DNA of 5,727 bases from a virus: IMG/VR virus record IMGVR_UViG_3300013947_000018, positions 1-5,727 of that record; one strand, given 5' to 3'. How positions within the stretch are numbered: position 1 is the first letter of the stretch; the number at the start of each line of letters is the position of its first letter. Shown here in pieces: positions 3,136 through 5,727 of the stretch. A program made the translations under genes and the position numbers. The notes below the pieces were generated by a model that saw only the letters and a list, made by a program, of their open reading frames with translations, had not been told where the DNA came from and made no database searches.

Positions 3136-4013
3136 TTTCCGTATTTCCCCCTAAGTTTGATTCCTGCTTTCATTCCTTCATTCAAGGCGAGTGATGTTGG
3201 TAAGCTTATTCCCGTTTTTCCTGATAAGTTTGCCGCTTTTTGCGTTGTCTCCATGCCTTTTTTGATTCCACCCTTTACGGCTCCACCGATGTCTTTGCCG
3301 ATTTCGCTTAGTGCTTCGGATAGTCCTTTTGCTGACATGTGTGTTTCACTTTGCATTTTATTCCAGCTTTGTGCCGCGTTGTACCAGTCTGATTCGCTCC
3401 AACTTTGTGCGCTGTATGAATTTGGAACAAATCCGCTTGCTCTACTTACTCCTAGTGCACTACTCGATGTTAGCCCCATACTTGCACCGCTGATTGTGCC
3501 GGCGCTCCCGCCCGGTGTGCTTGCTCCGCCGTTTGCGAATGCTAGAATTGGATTAAGTCCGGCCGCTTTCATGTCTTCTACGGCTCTTTGATAGCTCGTG
3601 TTTGACATTTTTTCCTGCCATTCTCGATTTGCTAGCGCTTCCGCACTGTTGTAGTTCATTGCCACACTATTTTCGATGTGATTATATATGCCTTGCATGA
3701 GTGCTCCAAGCGTATTGTATCCCATTTGCATTAGTGTTGCTCTCATGTTGTTTTTTACTTGGTTTTGTCCTTCCGTGTTTTGGTAATTGTACGCATTGTT
3801 TAGCCATTCTTCGATTTGTTTATCGTTTGTTCCGCTTGTGCTCCCGCTTCTGCTTGATCCACCGCCCTGCTGTGTACTTCCACCTGAGCTTTGCGAACTT
3901 CCTTCTTGTCCCCAGTTGCCGAACGCTTGCCCAAGGCTTCCGATTGCACTTCCTACGGTTCCTACGGTGCTTGCGATTGCTCCAATTGTCGCTAGCGTTT
4001 CTGTGATTGCCAT
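3132..4013 (-). CDS. VP2: Minor capsid / DNA pilot protein VP2, 293 aa.
   Basis: The conserved core NREWQEKMSNTSYQRAVEDMKAAGLNPILAF is the hallmark microvirus VP2 block (T-x-Y-Q-R ... D-M-K-x-A-G-L-N-P). The N-terminus is hydrophobic and glycine-striped, followed by a Gly/Ser/Gln low-complexity linker. The gene lies directly after VP1. Confidence 0.9.
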   Translation of the reverse strand: MAITETLATIGAIASTVGTVGSAIGSLGQAFGNWGQEGSSQSSGGSTQQGGGSSRSGSTSGTNDKQIEEWLNNAYNYQNTEGQNQVKNNMRATLMQMGYNTLGALMQGIYNHIENSVAMNYNSAEALANREWQEKMSNTSYQRAVEDMKAAGLNPILAFANGGASTPGGSAGTISGASMGLTSSSALGVSRASGFVPNSYSAQSWSESDWYNAAQSWNKMQSETHMSAKGLSEALSEIGKDIGGAVKGGIKKGMETTQKAANLSGKTGISLPTSLALNEGMKAGIKLRGKYGK

Positions 4014-4047
4014 AATAATATAGCCCCGTTTCCGGGGCTTCCTCCTT
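4014..4047 (-). promoter_or_regulatory. VP1-VP2 intercistronic element: an AAGGAGG Shine-Dalgarno separated from the VP2 ATG by a stable GAAA-tetraloop hairpin.
   Basis: The minus strand reads TAA AAGA AAGGAGG A AGCCCCG-GAAA-CGGGGCT ATATTATT ATG. The SD is at 4047..4041. The 7-bp G/C-rich stem is 4039..4033 paired with 4028..4022. An 8-nt tail runs to the ATG at 4013. Confidence 0.7.
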
Positions 4048-4051
4048 TCTT

Positions 4052-5719
4052 TTAGATTTTGTCGAGACCCGGCACGCTGTAAAGTGGCATTACTCGCGTT
4101 GTTTTGTTGCTGATTTGGATCCCGCCAAAGAATTGCGGTTCATCCTGTACGATTAGCGTTCTTGCAATTTCGGTTTTGCCTTCGCTCATCCATTCCTGTG
4201 ACAGTGTCGGCACGGTCGAATAGTTGTCTCCATAGTGCCAGAAGTCTAGTGTCCCTTCTGCATTGCTTCGCATTTTTCCGCTGATTCGGTTCGGCTTCAT
4301 GCGGTAATCTGCCCATGCTTCTTGATAACCAAATGTTTCCTCGTCAGTCGTATTACCTGTGAGCATGATCTCTTTCTTCTTAACAGGCTGTTCGCCCAGA
4401 TTAGCAAACTGTGGCACATAGTAGTCCAGTCTGTCTCTACGGCTCCACATGCGTTCCAGTCCCTGCTGATAGCTCCGATTATGACGTACACACATTACGC
4501 CGATGATCCATCCATGTTCTTCGAAGCTCTTCGTGAAACTGCTTTCGTTGATGGGTGTTACTGACATTGCACCAGTTTCGCCAATAGGTGTATTGGTTTC
4601 TGTGTTCGCCGCACTAGTCTGTACAATCTGATTCATATTTACATGGTAGCGACCGCCTCCCAGATATTCCGGAATCTGTACAGTTTTATCGCTGATTTCG
4701 GTACCCCAGATTGCCCGAATTTGTTCACGGTACCGACTGCCACCGCGTGCTAGTGCTTCATAGTAGTGCTGTACTGCGATTGCCTGCCGTAGCTCATTGA
4801 TTGTCACCGCGTTTACACTGCTGAGGTCTGTTGCTAGATGTCCACTGATAGCGGTTCCTGCTTTGTTTAGATAATTGACTCGATTCCATCCGTCCAAACT
4901 ATTTACATACCATGTCTGAAGTGTTCCATCACCGCTTAAATTAGGTTTATTTGCGCCGATCCAATATTGGTTATTTTCAAGTGAGCCGTCTTCATTCTCA
5001 TAGATTACGTTTGCGTTTCCCGTCATTGGGATATTAACCTCCGGTCCTCGCTGAGGATACGGCAGACAGCTCGTGAAATAGTCGTGGAATTTGTTGACAG
5101 GCAGACAGCGACCGCCGGTGATTGCGTTCGTTAGAATGTCGTCCATGGATGAGTATTTGCTGTCTGTGTAGTCTACATTTGTGTCGCTTTTAATCCAGGT
5201 TGCTTCATTTTCTACGTTCTGATCTCTGAAAAATTCATTCCAGATCATAACGTATGCTCTGACTGGCAGCGCGTTTACTTCAAAAGTACTGGTGCTGTTT
5301 TTTTCGCCTAGGATGTGCGTCGGTACGCCCATGTAGTCCAATATGCTTCCCGTTCTCGGGTTATCTTCATCGTCGACGGGTTCTGCATAAACGGCATTAG
5401 GGGCGATTTTTGTAGGCTGTCGGATTGTGATTGTTGGTACTTTATATTCTCTTTCTGGCATCCACGGTGTTCCTTCTACTTCTCCCATGAACTGCTTCCA
5501 GTGTTCCCACAAGATGCGGTTAGGCGCATAGAAGTAATAGATGTCAATAAAACTGTCATCCATTACCGGGTATTTCGGTGTAGTCATTCGGATGATCGCG
5601 CTTGTGTTTACTCGGAATGTGTCATTGGGAAGTACTTCATCAACGTAGAACGGAATCAGTTCGCCGGAGTCGAATGTGGTTAAAATGGTCTGGTCTCGCT
5701 TGAATGTGCTACGGGACAT
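4052..5719 (-). CDS. VP1: Major capsid protein VP1 (Microviridae F-protein family). 555 aa in the window, about 571 aa if started at the wrap-around ATG (window position 118).
   Basis: The N-terminal block RSTFKRDQ..TTFDSGELIPFYVDEVLPNDTF...MTTPKYPVMDDSFIDIYYFYAPNRILWEHW matches the canonical microvirus capsid signature (RS-F ... G-x-L-I-P ... E-V-L-P-G-D-T ... F-F-V-P-x-R-x-x-W). The size is typical of gokushovirus VP1. The reading frame stays open to the window end (5727) and continues at 79-118. Confidence 0.95.
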   Translation of the reverse strand: MSRSTFKRDQTILTTFDSGELIPFYVDEVLPNDTFRVNTSAIIRMTTPKYPVMDDSFIDIYYFYAPNRILWEHWKQFMGEVEGTPWMPEREYKVPTITIRQPTKIAPNAVYAEPVDDEDNPRTGSILDYMGVPTHILGEKNSTSTFEVNALPVRAYVMIWNEFFRDQNVENEATWIKSDTNVDYTDSKYSSMDDILTNAITGGRCLPVNKFHDYFTSCLPYPQRGPEVNIPMTGNANVIYENEDGSLENNQYWIGANKPNLSGDGTLQTWYVNSLDGWNRVNYLNKAGTAISGHLATDLSSVNAVTINELRQAIAVQHYYEALARGGSRYREQIRAIWGTEISDKTVQIPEYLGGGRYHVNMNQIVQTSAANTETNTPIGETGAMSVTPINESSFTKSFEEHGWIIGVMCVRHNRSYQQGLERMWSRRDRLDYYVPQFANLGEQPVKKKEIMLTGNTTDEETFGYQEAWADYRMKPNRISGKMRSNAEGTLDFWHYGDNYSTVPTLSQEWMSEGKTEIARTLIVQDEPQFFGGIQISNKTTRVMPLYSVPGLDKI

Positions 5720-5727
5720 GTGTTGCT
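5650..5727. repeat. Terminal redundancy, copy 2 (identical to 1-78). The unit genome length is 5,649 nt.
   Basis: Exact 78/78 identity with the window start. Confidence 0.95.

Noticed and set aside
4297-4491. Minus-strand 64-aa ORF embedded out of frame in VP1, considered as an E-like embedded lysis gene.
   Set aside because: It has no transmembrane helix, which phiX174 E requires, and I found no SD. Its length is compatible with chance in a 1.7-kb gene.
2262-4564. Plus-strand ORFs antisense to VP4, VP2 and VP1 (2262..2465, 3157..3591, 3311..3493, 3701..4006, 3787..4023, 4322..4564), and also 5315..5683.
   Set aside because: These are shadow ORFs opposite confidently identified genes. They have hydrophobic or Pro/Cys/Leu-rich junk composition and no translation signals.

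Overview
The window is a complete, circularly permuted genome of a small ssDNA phage of the family Microviridae, gokushovirus-like, shown as the reverse complement of its coding strand. Bases 1-78 are identical to 5650-5727, so the unit circle is 5,649 nt. All credible genes are on the minus strand and form one tightly packed unit. It begins at a near-consensus sigma70-type promoter (TTGACT-17-TAAAAT, 1735..1707). The gene order is: M15/LAS zinc peptidase, 34-aa ORF, 77-aa ORF, a 40-aa highly basic ORF missing from the ORF track, VP5-like protein, VP3-like scaffold, major capsid VP1, pilot protein VP2, HUH replication initiator VP4. It ends at a rho-independent terminator (2103..2066). VP1 crosses the linearisation point, and its likely true start is the ATG at 118..116, which forms an ATGA overlap with the VP3-like stop. 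About 488 nt (1628-2115) is non-coding, which is a lot for a 5.6-kb microvirus. That region holds the most unusual structure: about 9 TTCAAC(A) iterons, two 31-nt direct repeats bracketing a perfect hairpin, and a 47-nt alternating purine-pyrimidine G/C tract that can fold into a 20-position hairpin. Strong AAGGAGG-type Shine-Dalgarno sites and visibly AT-rich composition suggest a Firmicutes-like host (inference). The plus-strand ORFs in the track look like antisense shadows. No tRNA, rRNA, CRISPR array or transposase is visible.
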